64,000 nt of DNA from Antedon mediterranea (lineage: Eukaryota; Animalia; Echinodermata): assembly GCF_964355755.1 (NCBI RefSeq), contig NC_092674.1, positions 6,572,001 to 6,636,000 on the forward strand. The letters are read 5' to 3'. Below, one piece after another: positions 1 through 10,186 of this stretch. The notes under the pieces were generated by a model that saw only the letters and a list, made by a program, of their open reading frames with translations, ran no database searches and had not been told where the DNA came from. Made by a program: the position numbers and the translations under genes. How positions within the stretch are numbered: the first letter of the stretch is position 1; each line of letters starts with the position of its first letter.

Positions 1-2845
1 ATAGATTTGGAAAATCATTTTACAAATTTTTACAACAAAACGGTTTAACTCAACACATCAATATGCCAACACGTTGTATAAAAGACCAACGGTCTTGTAT
101 TGACCATATAGTTACTAGTCAAAATGTATATATTAATGATTTTGGTGCATTGTGCCCACTTTTAAATTGTGATCACAGTCCAGTATATGCAAATATTGAT
201 ATTCGTATCACACGGGACAAGCCATACAATCGTAAAATATATCTTTTTGAAAAAACTGATTTTAATTTATATCGTAATGCTCTTAATTCTGTAAATTGGG
301 AAGAAGTTTATTCATCTTCAAAGGTTGAAGATGTTTGTCATAATTGGATTGACTTATTTAATAATTGTGTTGATAACTATATTATATCTAAAATTATAAC
401 TGTGCGTCCTAATGACAAGCCTTGGATTAATGCGCATATTAGAACTCTTATTCGCAAAAGAAATCGCGCCCATTCCACTCGAAATAACTCAAATTCGCAT
501 ATGCAACGTTTTAAGAAAATTGGCGCAAAAGTTGTTAAAGCAATAAGAAAAGCTAAACAAACTTTTTTGGATAAACAATTTGATTTATTAATGAATAAAA
601 ACTGTGATTCAAAAACTTGGTGGTCTACCATAAATTCAGTTTGTAATTCCAAACAATATTATAAGATTCCTCCAATCAAATTAAACGATGATGTCCTAAC
701 TTTAAATAGTGAGAAAGTTAAAGCGTTTAACAATTATTTTAAATCTCAATCGTTTATTCCTAATCATGATGATTTTCCTTCGGACTTCACATATATAGAA
801 CTGCATCGAGACTCTCAACTCTCAAATTATCTGTTGATGAGATCATGAAATTATTAACTATGCTGGATAAAAACAAGGCGATGGGACCTGATGAAATTCA
901 CAGTATCATACTAATAGAATCTGCTGAAATTATTGCACCCCATTTGACAAAGCTTTATAACTTCTGCATAAGCCAAGGATATTTTCCTGTGGAATAGAAA
1001 AAATCAAATGTCATTCCTCTGCATAAAAAAGGCAATAAATCCCTTATTGAGAACTACCGCCCTATATCCATACTTTCCAACTTTGCAAAAATTTTTGAGC
1101 GTGCAGTTTTTGATATAGTATATAAATACTTTGTGGATAATAAACTTCTTACTCAATTCCAATCTGGTTTTACACCAGGTGACTCGACAACGTATCAACT
1201 TCTTTATCTTATAGATACATTTAATAGAGCTTTAGATTTAAGGAAAGAAGTAATCTCGGTATTTTTGGATATTTCCAAAGCCTTCGATAAAGTTTGGCAT
1301 AATGGGATTATATACAAATTAAATCAATATGGAATTAATGGCACTCTTCTAAAATGGTTCCAAAGTTACTTAAACTCACGTGAGCAACGTGTTATTATTG
1401 AAGGAACTACCAGTCCTTGGGTGACCATTACAGCAGGAGTACCCCAAGGATCTGTTTTGGGTCCATTTTTATTTATTGTATTCATAAATGATATGGTTGA
1501 TAATATCAAATCTAATTTTAGTTTATATGCAGATGATACTTCGTTATATGATATTTGTACAGATCGTAATATTTCAGAACAAAAATTAAATGGTGATCTT
1601 AATGTCATTTATAATTGGGCAAAAAAATGGAAAGTAACATTCAATGCTAACAAAACGAAAGCTATACTGTTTACACGTAAACATTTAGATAACTATGTTA
1701 GTTTAAATTTCAATAATGTAAATCTACAATTTGTAAATGATCATAGGCATCTTGGTGTAATGCTTAATGCAAAACTCAAGTGGGATTCCCATATCCAATC
1801 TGTAATTAACAAAGCGTCTTTATCTTTAAATATGCTACGTCGTGTCAAACATATTCTACCTCGACAGGCTCTCTGTCACATTTACATATCACACGTTAGA
1901 CCATTAATGGAATATGCAGCTCCTGTTTGGTGTAATATCCCAGATAAATTAAGTGATGAACTAGAAAATATCCAGATTTCTGCAGGTAGAATATGTACTG
2001 GTGCGTGGAAACATACAAGTCATAATGCATTAAGACAAGAATTCGGCTGGTTATCATTGGAAAAACGTAGACAATTTCTTAACCTAATACTGTTTTTTAA
2101 AATTATTCATAAGTTAACACCAGTGTATCTTTACTCCTTATTTAATTTTTCTGACAATATTGAAGTTTATAACTTGCGTAACATCCGAAATATAATAATT
2201 CCATTTTGTAAGACCACATCATATCGTTTATCTTTTGTCCCATCTATTATAACACATTGGAATGAGTTAAATAATGAAATAAAAAATTCCTCATTTCTTG
2301 TTGAGTTTAAAAAATTGCTACTGAAATCCAATTTGTTTGAAACAAAAAAACGTTCTTATTATGATACAGGTGATAAGAAGATTAACCAAATTCACACTAG
2401 AATCCGACTTGGTTTCAGCTGTCTCAATTCGCATTTATTCTTACATGGACTTCGGGACAATCCAAATTGTACTTGTGGCTTTAATGTTGAGAATCCGCTT
2501 CATTTCTTATGTTACTGCCCTAATTATAATACACAAAGAGATATTCTACTTGTAAGCGCTAACTCAATTATTGAGGATATCTTAGCCAAGGATTTTTCTT
2601 TAACATTTAATTTTACATTTTTAAGTGAAATTTTTATTTTTGGTTCCGATCTTCTTTCGAATTGTGAAAATGCTTTATTATTTTATTATGTACAACAATT
2701 TCTTGTTAATTCTGGAAGATTTAATTGATGTTTCTGTTAGTTGTTTTAAAATGTTGTATTTGTTAATCTGAGGCGCCTTGAAGCTAAGATGGTTCCATCT
2801 TGTAAGGCGCCTCTGTGTAATATACTGAATAAAAAAAAAAAAAAA
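1..2845 (+). mobile_element. Non-LTR (LINE) retrotransposon, CR1/L2-supergroup-like, 5' part cut by the window edge; ORF2 disrupted
   Basis: ORF 63-848 holds the APE C-terminus (IDHIVT, CDHSPVY, KPWIN). ORF 1133-2728 holds RT motifs (FLDISKAFD, GVPQGSVLGP, YADD at ~1526) and a C-terminal CxC-x7-H-x4-C finger. Frameshift near 830-850 and in-frame TAG at 995-997. 3' stem-loop at 2770-2813, AATAAA and poly(A) at ~2828-2845. Confidence 0.93.
63..2728 (+). pseudogene. Disrupted LINE ORF2 (endonuclease-reverse transcriptase)
   Basis: Two ORFs in different frames plus an intervening segment (MGPDEIH...PVE*KKSNVIP) with a premature stop where Trp is usually found. Confidence 0.85.
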
Positions 2846-2981
2846 CAAACATGCAATATCATTTATTAATAATAATAATATAGACTAGGCTTAGGGCTAG
2901 GCTACAGGTAGATCTACACACTAGGCCTAGGCTACTATACTAGGCTATAAGTAGGTATATGGTAGTAGGCTTAGTCTAGGC

Positions 2982-3979
2982 GAATACAGATCACTCCGGC
3001 CGCGCTTCACTCCGGCCGCGCTTCAATCCGTCCGCGATTCATTCCGGCCGCAGCTATTGAGCGCCCAATGAGTCTTTTACAACCGAGAAACGTTTTTTGT
3101 AGAGAATCAAAATAAACATTTGTAATCATACAGTATATTTTTTCTCTTTCAGGATCACAACAACATCGCAAGTGTTTTAAATTAGGTCTAACGCTAAAAC
3201 AAAATAATTTATGTGTTTTATCCAATGTATAATAGGCTAGTATATTAATTGTAATGTGATTAATTAATGTAATTTATTGCAATGTACCCTATATGTCATA
3301 TTATTTTTATCATATATAAATTAAAATATAAAATCATTGTAAATTGGACTGTACAAAAATGATATATTAATTCTTGATACAATTCCAGGTAACATTAATT
3401 AGACGGATATTTGATTATTTGAAATAAATTAATTAATATTGTAAATATTGTTAACTATAACAAACATCAATAATAATTGATTATTTGAAATAAATAAATT
3501 AATATTTTACATATTGTTATTAACTATAATTAGTAAGTATGGGTACTGGCAAGATAAAGTGTTATAAAAATAATTTTTAATGTTAATAAATGTAAAGCTA
3601 TACAAATAAATGTACATAGAAAGAAATTAAATATTGTTATTCAAGCATTATTATTAATTAGACGGGTATTTGATTTTTATTTTATTATTGAATTTAATTA
3701 AGTTAAGTTTAGTTTGAAAGAAAAAGCAGTTCCAACTTCTTTGAATGTTATTGTTAATGAAAAAAGTAAAATTGTTGCTAATAAATATTCAATTAGTTCC
3801 ATTTAAATTCACCAAGAATTTGTTATACCACTGAACAGTATAGAAAACGTAGATATGGGCGCTCCATACTAACGGCCCCTTTGCACAGGAAGTCGAATTG
3901 AATAGCGGCCGGAGTGCATAACATCGCGCTAAACTGATACGGCGGCCGGAGTGAAGCGCGGCCGGAGTGATCGGCTACC
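2982..3979. mobile_element. Non-autonomous DNA transposon (~1 kb) with GC-rich terminal inverted repeats
   Basis: GATCACTCCGGCCGCGCTTCACTCCGGCCGC at 2989-3019 and its reverse complement at 3942-3972. Direct repeat GTCTAGGC at 2974-2981 and 3980-3987. AT-rich non-coding interior. Confidence 0.75.
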
Positions 3980-4240
3980 GTCTAGGCCTGGGCCCTAGGC
4001 CTCTCTGGATAGCATGCAGGCAGGTCCAACCAAGTCGACCTCGGCCTAGGTCTATAGCGCCTACTACACTACTAGGCCTAGCCTACTGTAGCTAGCTAGC
4101 CTAGGGCTAGGCTAGCCTACTAGAGGAGGAAGGTAGGTTAGCCTAGTTAGTAGCCTAGTAGTAGTAGTGTACTACTACTAGCCTAGCCTACTAGGATACT
4201 AGGCCTAAGCTTAGCTTGGCTCCGGGCCTAGCTAGCCTAA
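3980..4240. repeat. Low-complexity CTAG/TAGGCCTA-rich tract (continues at 2880-2980)
   Basis: Dense TAGGC/GCCTA/CTAG/CTA words. Confidence 0.75.
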
Positions 4241-4429
4241 ATATATTATGATGATATTATGATTAAATAATGGAAGACATGATTAAACTGTATTTACAAA
4301 CCTTTCATTTATTTGTATTCAACTGAAATTGCGTTAAAAAATGGTACATTCTTCAGCCTTCGCATTGATTGAGTATTTGCGATGTTTATGGTCGTCCCGG
4401 TGCTAAAAGCACGAAACTCTACAGACATG

Positions 4430-4764
4430 ACTTATGATTGGCTGCATTTCTGAGGTTTTCAGAGAATCCACCAATAAGAATATAGGAAAGTGCAAGTACA
4501 ATTCACTTATGTATGTTGCGCTACACTGGACATATTTTTAAAACTTCAATAAATTCATATTAGCACTTGGTTAAAATGAACAATATGATATTTTATAAGC
4601 CTGAAATATTTATCAGTGTTTTTCTATGGATTAAAGTGATGCAATTGTTACTGGACTTTTATTATGTATTGTGAAAGTGCTCATTGTACACTTTTATGTT
4701 AAATGCAGATTTGGCGAGTCATACCTTCACACTCGCTCCGTGTGTTTTCCCAAAAACAGGAAAC
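4430..4764. promoter_or_regulatory. Probable promoter region of MRPL28
   Basis: Lies directly upstream of ATG 4765; ATTGG at ~4437 and CCAAT at 4471. Confidence 0.35.
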
Positions 4765-4905
4765 ATGTCGTCGTCAATTCCGAAAGTGTATCGTAATGCA
4801 AAATCCGTTGTAAATAGTTATTCAAATAGATTAAATGTTATATCGGACACCTATAGGAAAGCAACAATACCCAAGCGTATTGCATTTGATAGATTATCAC
4901 GACAA
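4765..4905 (+). CDS. MRPL28: MRPL28 exon 1 (basic, transit-peptide-like)
   Basis: ATG 4765, MSSSIPKVYRNAK...RLSRQ, donor GTAAGT at 4906. Confidence 0.75.
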
Positions 4906-7845
4906 GTAAGTTGGTTTTTATTTTCTAGGCTAGGCCTAAAAAGTAAGAAGACTGGCCATCATAATAATGCAACATGCCACGATGTGATGCGGTTAGCCTC
5001 CTTTTTTTTTTGTATGCTATGATCCCTACACCTAGGCCTAGACAACAGAGATATACAATGTTTTAAACTTTTACCTAGGCCTAGTCTAGTTATTAATATT
5101 ATAATAATATTTATACTTTATCTTTATTTAGAAAATGAATGAACCTCCTGAATATGAATTGTTGCCAGCTGCATATTTTAAGTATTTACCAAAAGGGGAT
5201 CCTCCGGTCCTTCATTGGAGACAAGAACCAGGTTTGTATAGCTATAGTAACAATTCAAACACCAGACTTACAGAAGCAGGTCCCTAATTATTTCTATTTA
5301 CAAAAAAAAACATTATTGTTGCCTACTTTTCAGAGTGAGTGTGATAGGCCAACATCCATTTTCATTTATTTTGTTTACCATATTATACACTAATCTAAGA
5401 AATTTACAGTCGTGAATCTTTTTAACTTTATTCTAATAACACAAAAAAAATGAGTAAGCATTCTTATATTTCATACTTTCTTGTTTTTTGTAGGTATTTG
5501 GAAGAAGGATCCAAAAACTGGGGAGAAGGTGCGAGTAAATAACGTTCCTGTCAACGTTGTTTATCCTAGGTTAAGTCAGGTTGGGTTATGGGGTGGAGAA
5601 GGTGTAATAAAGGGATATGCAAAAGCTCATAAAACAAGGGGCTTTAGGTAAGTTTGCTAAAACCTTATATAACCAATAAATTCATATTAATAAGCGCCGT
5701 TCCTTTAGGCAGTTATATTCAAGAGAACGTAAGCATCAGGAAGCAGTTACCATGTGGTAGCTTATAGTTTACTACGGCTGAAAAAAATGGGTATTTGGAA
5801 CTTGCACTGGGCATGTACACACCCTAAAGCACGTCTGGGAAAAGAGAGTCTATGAAAACATTTGCTGATAAATATTGAGATGTATGTACACAGTAGTTAT
5901 CGTGAGATGAGCATCGTTTTTTGTACGAAATATTTCTTGTTTAATAAGGAATACAGGAGTGAGATTACAATATACTTGAGCATGAGATTGTCAGCAATTT
6001 TAATTGCTAAGTTTATTAACCAAACTTTTCTTCATTTTACAGATATCCTAGAACGTGGAAACCGTTTATCACCACAAGAAAGATATACAGTGAGATACTG
6101 GACAAGGTGTTTGAAATTCAATGCACATTAAGAGCATTAAATAAAATTGATGAAGCCTTTGGGTTAGACCATTATATACTAAAGGTAAACAATGCTTAAA
6201 TACTGCATTGAAGTGCTCTGAAATGATTTCGAAAATTCTGGTATGAACTCAAAGCTATATAAATTGGGATTGACGATAGGAAAATTCTGATAGAAACAGC
6301 AAGGCTCATGTAACTGCTGTAACATCAAGGGGCTCAATTTGCACCAAAGCACTGGGTTAACCCCCTACACTCATAATGAAAGATACTATGGGTTTTTAAA
6401 GTGCACACAAGCCATATGTGTATGTGTACACTGAACCTCTGTTTTAAAATCATTATCCAAGAAAACTTTCTTATTAATATTATGCATTATATAGTTTATC
6501 TTCTTCTCTAAAGCTCTGTCCTACACTAGTTTGACAAAAAAAAATGTGATGTGATGTCATATTACTATCATATTTGGGCATATCACTGCCATATTTGGGC
6601 ACAGTTTGAGCTTAAAATATTATTATTATGTATTTTCTGTTGATAGACTCCACCTGAAGAGCTGAATTCTTTACTAGGAATGATCTTGAAACGACACATG
6701 TTATTGGCACTAGCAAGGAAAGATATGTACCCCAACGATCCAGAAAAAAAGGACATGATATATGAAAAATATAAGCACTATGAAGTTCCTGTAAGCACTC
6801 ATTTGTTAAGCCTATTTAGCCTTGCCTCTTGTGCCCCTCAGCACAGCCACATTTCACAGCCTAGCCTCGCCTATCAATCTGACCACACTCTAACCATGTC
6901 TAATTGCAGTTCACAGCCTAGCCTACATGTCAATCTGTCCACATGCTGTAGCCTACTGTAGCTTTGCCTCAATCTGGCCACACTGTAGCTTAGCCTGTGT
7001 CCCGTGCACCCGCATAGGCTAACCTATATCAATCTGACCACACTCTAATGCGTGGTTCCCAATGGAGACCGACAATCAACGTAATGCAACGTAAGTGATT
7101 TTACCAATCACAAGCAATGTATTATGTTGCTTGTATTGATCAACTCGCTTGTGTTGCGCCTACAGTACGTCCTTGCGTTGCGTCCTAGTGGGAACCAAGC
7201 TTAACCTTGTCCACAGCCTAGCCTACCTATGAATCTAATGCCCACTGTAGCCTAGATTTGCCTCAATCTGGCCACACTGTAGCTTAGTCTGTGTCCCTTG
7301 CACCTGCTGCCTAGTCTGTTAATTGTTAAATAGTTTCAGCCTGTTTCACAAATAATACTTACATTGGTTTTGCAGAAAAATGCTATTAACCAATCACAAA
7401 CAAGATTGATGCGGCCATGTAGTAACTTGATAGACCTGTGTAGTTTGACAACATGTTGTAGCTTTTAATTGAACAATTTAAACAATGCATAATATACAAT
7501 ACCACATTTATTTCACAACAATTGAACATGATCGCAATAATATACAGATTATCTTAAATAGCATTATCGAACAGTAACAACACTGCTTAAATAACACACA
7601 AGCATAACCATCCTCATTAAAACCATTGATTAATAGTTTTAATGATTAATTTAACTTTCTTACAGGAAGATGAAGCAATTTGGGTGGGGCTGACTAGAGG
7701 CGAGGCTGTTACCTTATATAGAAAGCTTTTACCACCGCAGGAAAAAGTACGCCCATTAAAAGATGTATATACAGAAGAGTTATTGAGCAAACTCAAAGGT
7801 ATTAGTAAGTTATGCATGACTGGATGGCATGCTTATTTATATTGA
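4765..7845 (+). CDS. MRPL28: 39S mitochondrial ribosomal protein L28 (bL28m), 6 coding exons, ~286 aa
   Basis: Exons 4765-4905, 5132-5231, 5494-5647, 6043-6184, 6647-6790 and 7666-7845 join in frame with GT-AG introns. The product has diagnostic motifs GLWGGEG, WKP...YSEILDK, IDEAFGLDHYILKTP, GMILKRHMLLALAR, IYEKYK, EAIWVGLT. Confidence 0.95.
5132..5231 (+). CDS. MRPL28: MRPL28 exon 2
   Basis: KMNEPPEYELLPAAYFKYLPKGDPPVLHWRQEP; TTTAG acceptor, GTTTGT donor. Confidence 0.85.
5494..5647 (+). CDS. MRPL28: MRPL28 exon 3
   Basis: GIWKKDPKTGEKVRVNNVPVNVVYPRLSQVGLWGGEGVIKG; donor GTAAGT. Confidence 0.93.
6043..6184 (+). CDS. MRPL28: MRPL28 exon 4
   Basis: YPRTWKPFITTRKIYSEILDKVFEIQCTLRALNKIDEAFGLDHYILK. 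Confidence 0.93.
6647..6790 (+). CDS. MRPL28: MRPL28 exon 5
   Basis: TPPEELNSLLGMILKRHMLLALARKDMYPNDPEKKDMIYEKYKHYEVP; donor GTAAGC. Confidence 0.93.
6820..7320. repeat. Degenerate tandem repeats (CACAGCCTAGCCT...CAATCTG.CCACACT) in MRPL28 intron 5
   Basis: Recurrent units at ~6855, 6912, 6968, 7210 and 7263. Confidence 0.65.
7049..7201. mobile_element. MITE family B (palindromic, TIR ~AGCTTGGTTCCCACT), PIF/Harbinger-Tourist-like
   Basis: Fold-back ~150 bp with TAA on both sides. Other copies at ~15300-15395 (half), 17199-17354, 17830-17999, 21272-21428, 23939-24095, 26890-27015, 31893-32036, 33179-33297 and 61264-61434. Confidence 0.8.
7666..7845 (+). CDS. MRPL28: MRPL28 exon 6 (terminal)
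   Basis: EDEAIWVGLTRGEAV...PLKDVYTEELL; stop TGA 7843-7845, AATAAA at 7935. The exact C-terminus is less certain (possible donor near 7799). Confidence 0.85.
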   Translation, partial: EDEAIWVGLTRGEAVTLYRKLLPPQEKVRPLKDVYTEELLSKLKGISKLCMTGWHAYLY

Positions 7846-8117
7846 GGATTTACGAAAAAATTTAAGGGGAAATACTGGCCCAAGTAGGTTAGATTGTTTT
7901 AATACAATTTATACGGATACAACATTAGTTCATTAATAAAATTAGTGTTTGTGTTACAAAGATATTCTTTGCACAGTTATTTAAACTATGAAATGTTAAA
8001 GAATTAAGAAATTAACAATATACATATTATACAGTGTATTAAAAGTACAGTGCAATTACTACATAGAAATAACAGTAACGATCATATTATTGATAGTAAT
8101 ATTAGTTTTAAACATAA

Positions 8118-8256
8118 AGTCCTGTCTACACTATCAAACTTTATGTGACAAAAAAATGCGATGTGCCCATATATGGACATGATGATGTCATATCACTACC
8201 ATATTTAAGCATATCACACTTTTTCGTCAAACTAGTTTGATAGTGTAGACAGAGCT
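8118..8256. mobile_element. MITE family A (TIR AGCTCTGTCTACACTATCAAACT), PIF/Harbinger-Tourist-like
   Basis: TIRs with TAA/TTA flanks. Other copies at ~6512-6612, 11384-11464, 11506-11663, 16335-16456, 16895-17189 (split), 19135-19253, 26703-26868, 33034-33167, 36212-36359, 37463-37533, 37990-38124, 44467-44627, 44909-45058 and 57338-57483. Confidence 0.85.
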
Positions 8257-9377
8257 TAAGAATAATATTAACTGTACAATAGCCTAGCTAAAACAACAAA
8301 AAGAAAGTCTTCAAATAAAACACAAACAAACCAATGTTATTTACAATGCATTAATTAATATTAAATTAACCAACAAAAATTAACATAATGAAATGTTTAT
8401 ACCGTTTATGATCGAATATAGTCCCAGGGGCTTAATTACAAAATTTGGTGAAATTATACATATAGGATTATACTCGGTAATATACGGTAATAACAAAATG
8501 TGGATGATTGACATTTTATTGAACGTTACACAATTTGATTTCTTTGTTATTTTTAGAAAACACACTTACCGAAGAATTTATACCAGAAGAAAAACCTAAA
8601 AGGTAAACATATAGTTGCTATTAAATCTTTAAAACAATTTATTTATCATTTAATTACAGTTAAATTAAAATAAAACAATTTATTAAAAATGAAATATTTA
8701 ATAGAGTAGTATACTGTAGTTTAACATTTAGTCCTCATGTCTGGAAGTTTATAGATTCTCTCATAGATTGCGAGACGACCCTCTCGTAGATTGCGAGACA
8801 AAGACCTAGTTGGGTTGGCTAGTCAATTTGATTCGTTCATAGTTGGAAATTATTACCGTATTTATTCGAATAAATGCCCTCTAGATATGAAAAAAATACG
8901 ACATAATTAATTTTGAGAAGTGATCAAATACAGTAAAATTGTATCAAAATACTTGTAAATTGTAGATCATGTCAATCAATGAATTCTACTACAAATAGAA
9001 ATGTGTTGTAATACAATATTGTGTATATGTGCTTGTGGCGGAGCATTTATTGGTGAAAATAAATAAAGGTTCTGGGGCGTTTATTCAAAGCGGAGCGTTC
9101 ATTTGAATTAGCACAGCAGTTTATATTTCAATTCCCAATTGATAGAAATCTTACACGTAAAACATAGTTTTAAACATTTTTTTTTTCGTTTTTCAGCTCT
9201 TTCATGTCAAGAATATTCAAAAGAGGCAAGGACGATTAAACACATAAAGGGAGAAAAAAGGAATATTTTTAGTTGTATTGAGATAAAAAACAATGATAAA
9301 ATCATTAAAATATGCCATGATAAAAAACCAAAATTTCATTTGAGTTTTATTATATTAGAGACACAATGATACTACTA

Positions 9378-9551
9378 GACTAGGACCCAAGTCTGTAGAT
9401 TGACTTTTTTATGTTATTGCACCAGTCGGCATTTTGATTGTTGTCTGAAAAGTTTATGATCTCAAGTAGTATACGTATGAAACGCCATATGTGCCAAAAT
9501 ATTTATCATTTTACTTATATTAAGTCAAAACTCCGTCTAGAACCTAGACTA
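9378..9551. repeat. Dispersed ~150-170 bp repeat family (CCAAGTCTGTA...TACGTATGAAACGCCATATGT...AAACTCCGTCT.GAAC)
   Basis: Near-matching copies at ~62061-62210 and ~62979-63124, and a fragment at ~49715-49760. Confidence 0.75.
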
Positions 9552-9876
9552 TGATACTCCTTGTTAATATTGTTTCTAAAATGAATTTACATTTTGGGAG
9601 TAGGAGTGCAATTTACATTTTGGGAGTAGGAGTGCAATTTTAATTATTGGATCATGTCAAAATGATTCTACTGCTGTTACTGCAGTAACTACGTTTTTTT
9701 GCTGCAATAATGTATAATTTTAGTTTTTTTTTAATGTACAAAAAACGTAAACTTTATGAGGCAGCCACTGCAACTAAAAATATGTTAAATATAAAAAAGG
9801 CTTATAACTAATTTCATAAACTGGTTAAGGATTAAACAAACTCTATTTACTGCAGTAGAATCATTTTGACTAGTCT

Positions 9877-10186
9877 TTAATCTTCCGAACTGTTATCACT
9901 TGAGGATTGATCCTGATTATGACGAGTTATTTTATATTTATGATTTTTTTTATTTGAACGAAACGATGATTCGCCAATTTTTGAGATAATACTAACAGAA
10001 TAGCTTGAAGAATATGGTTGGTTATTGTTAGGTATATTACCGACCGGTGATTGTACAGACGGCATGTTGCGTAATTTTTGTGTTGAAACTTTCTCACAAG
10101 GTCGTTTCAGGCACCGGCAGCACTCTGGGTAAAACGTCTTGTCTCGGTCACAGGGTGGGAATGACATGGTGTTGCCTTCTAATAAT
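9877..10186 (-). CDS. VEGF-like gene 1 exon 5 (terminal, Cys motif plus basic/Ser-rich tail)
   Basis: PPCDRDKTFYPECCRC...RSNKKNHKYKITRH...SSED*; in phase with exon 4. Confidence 0.82.
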
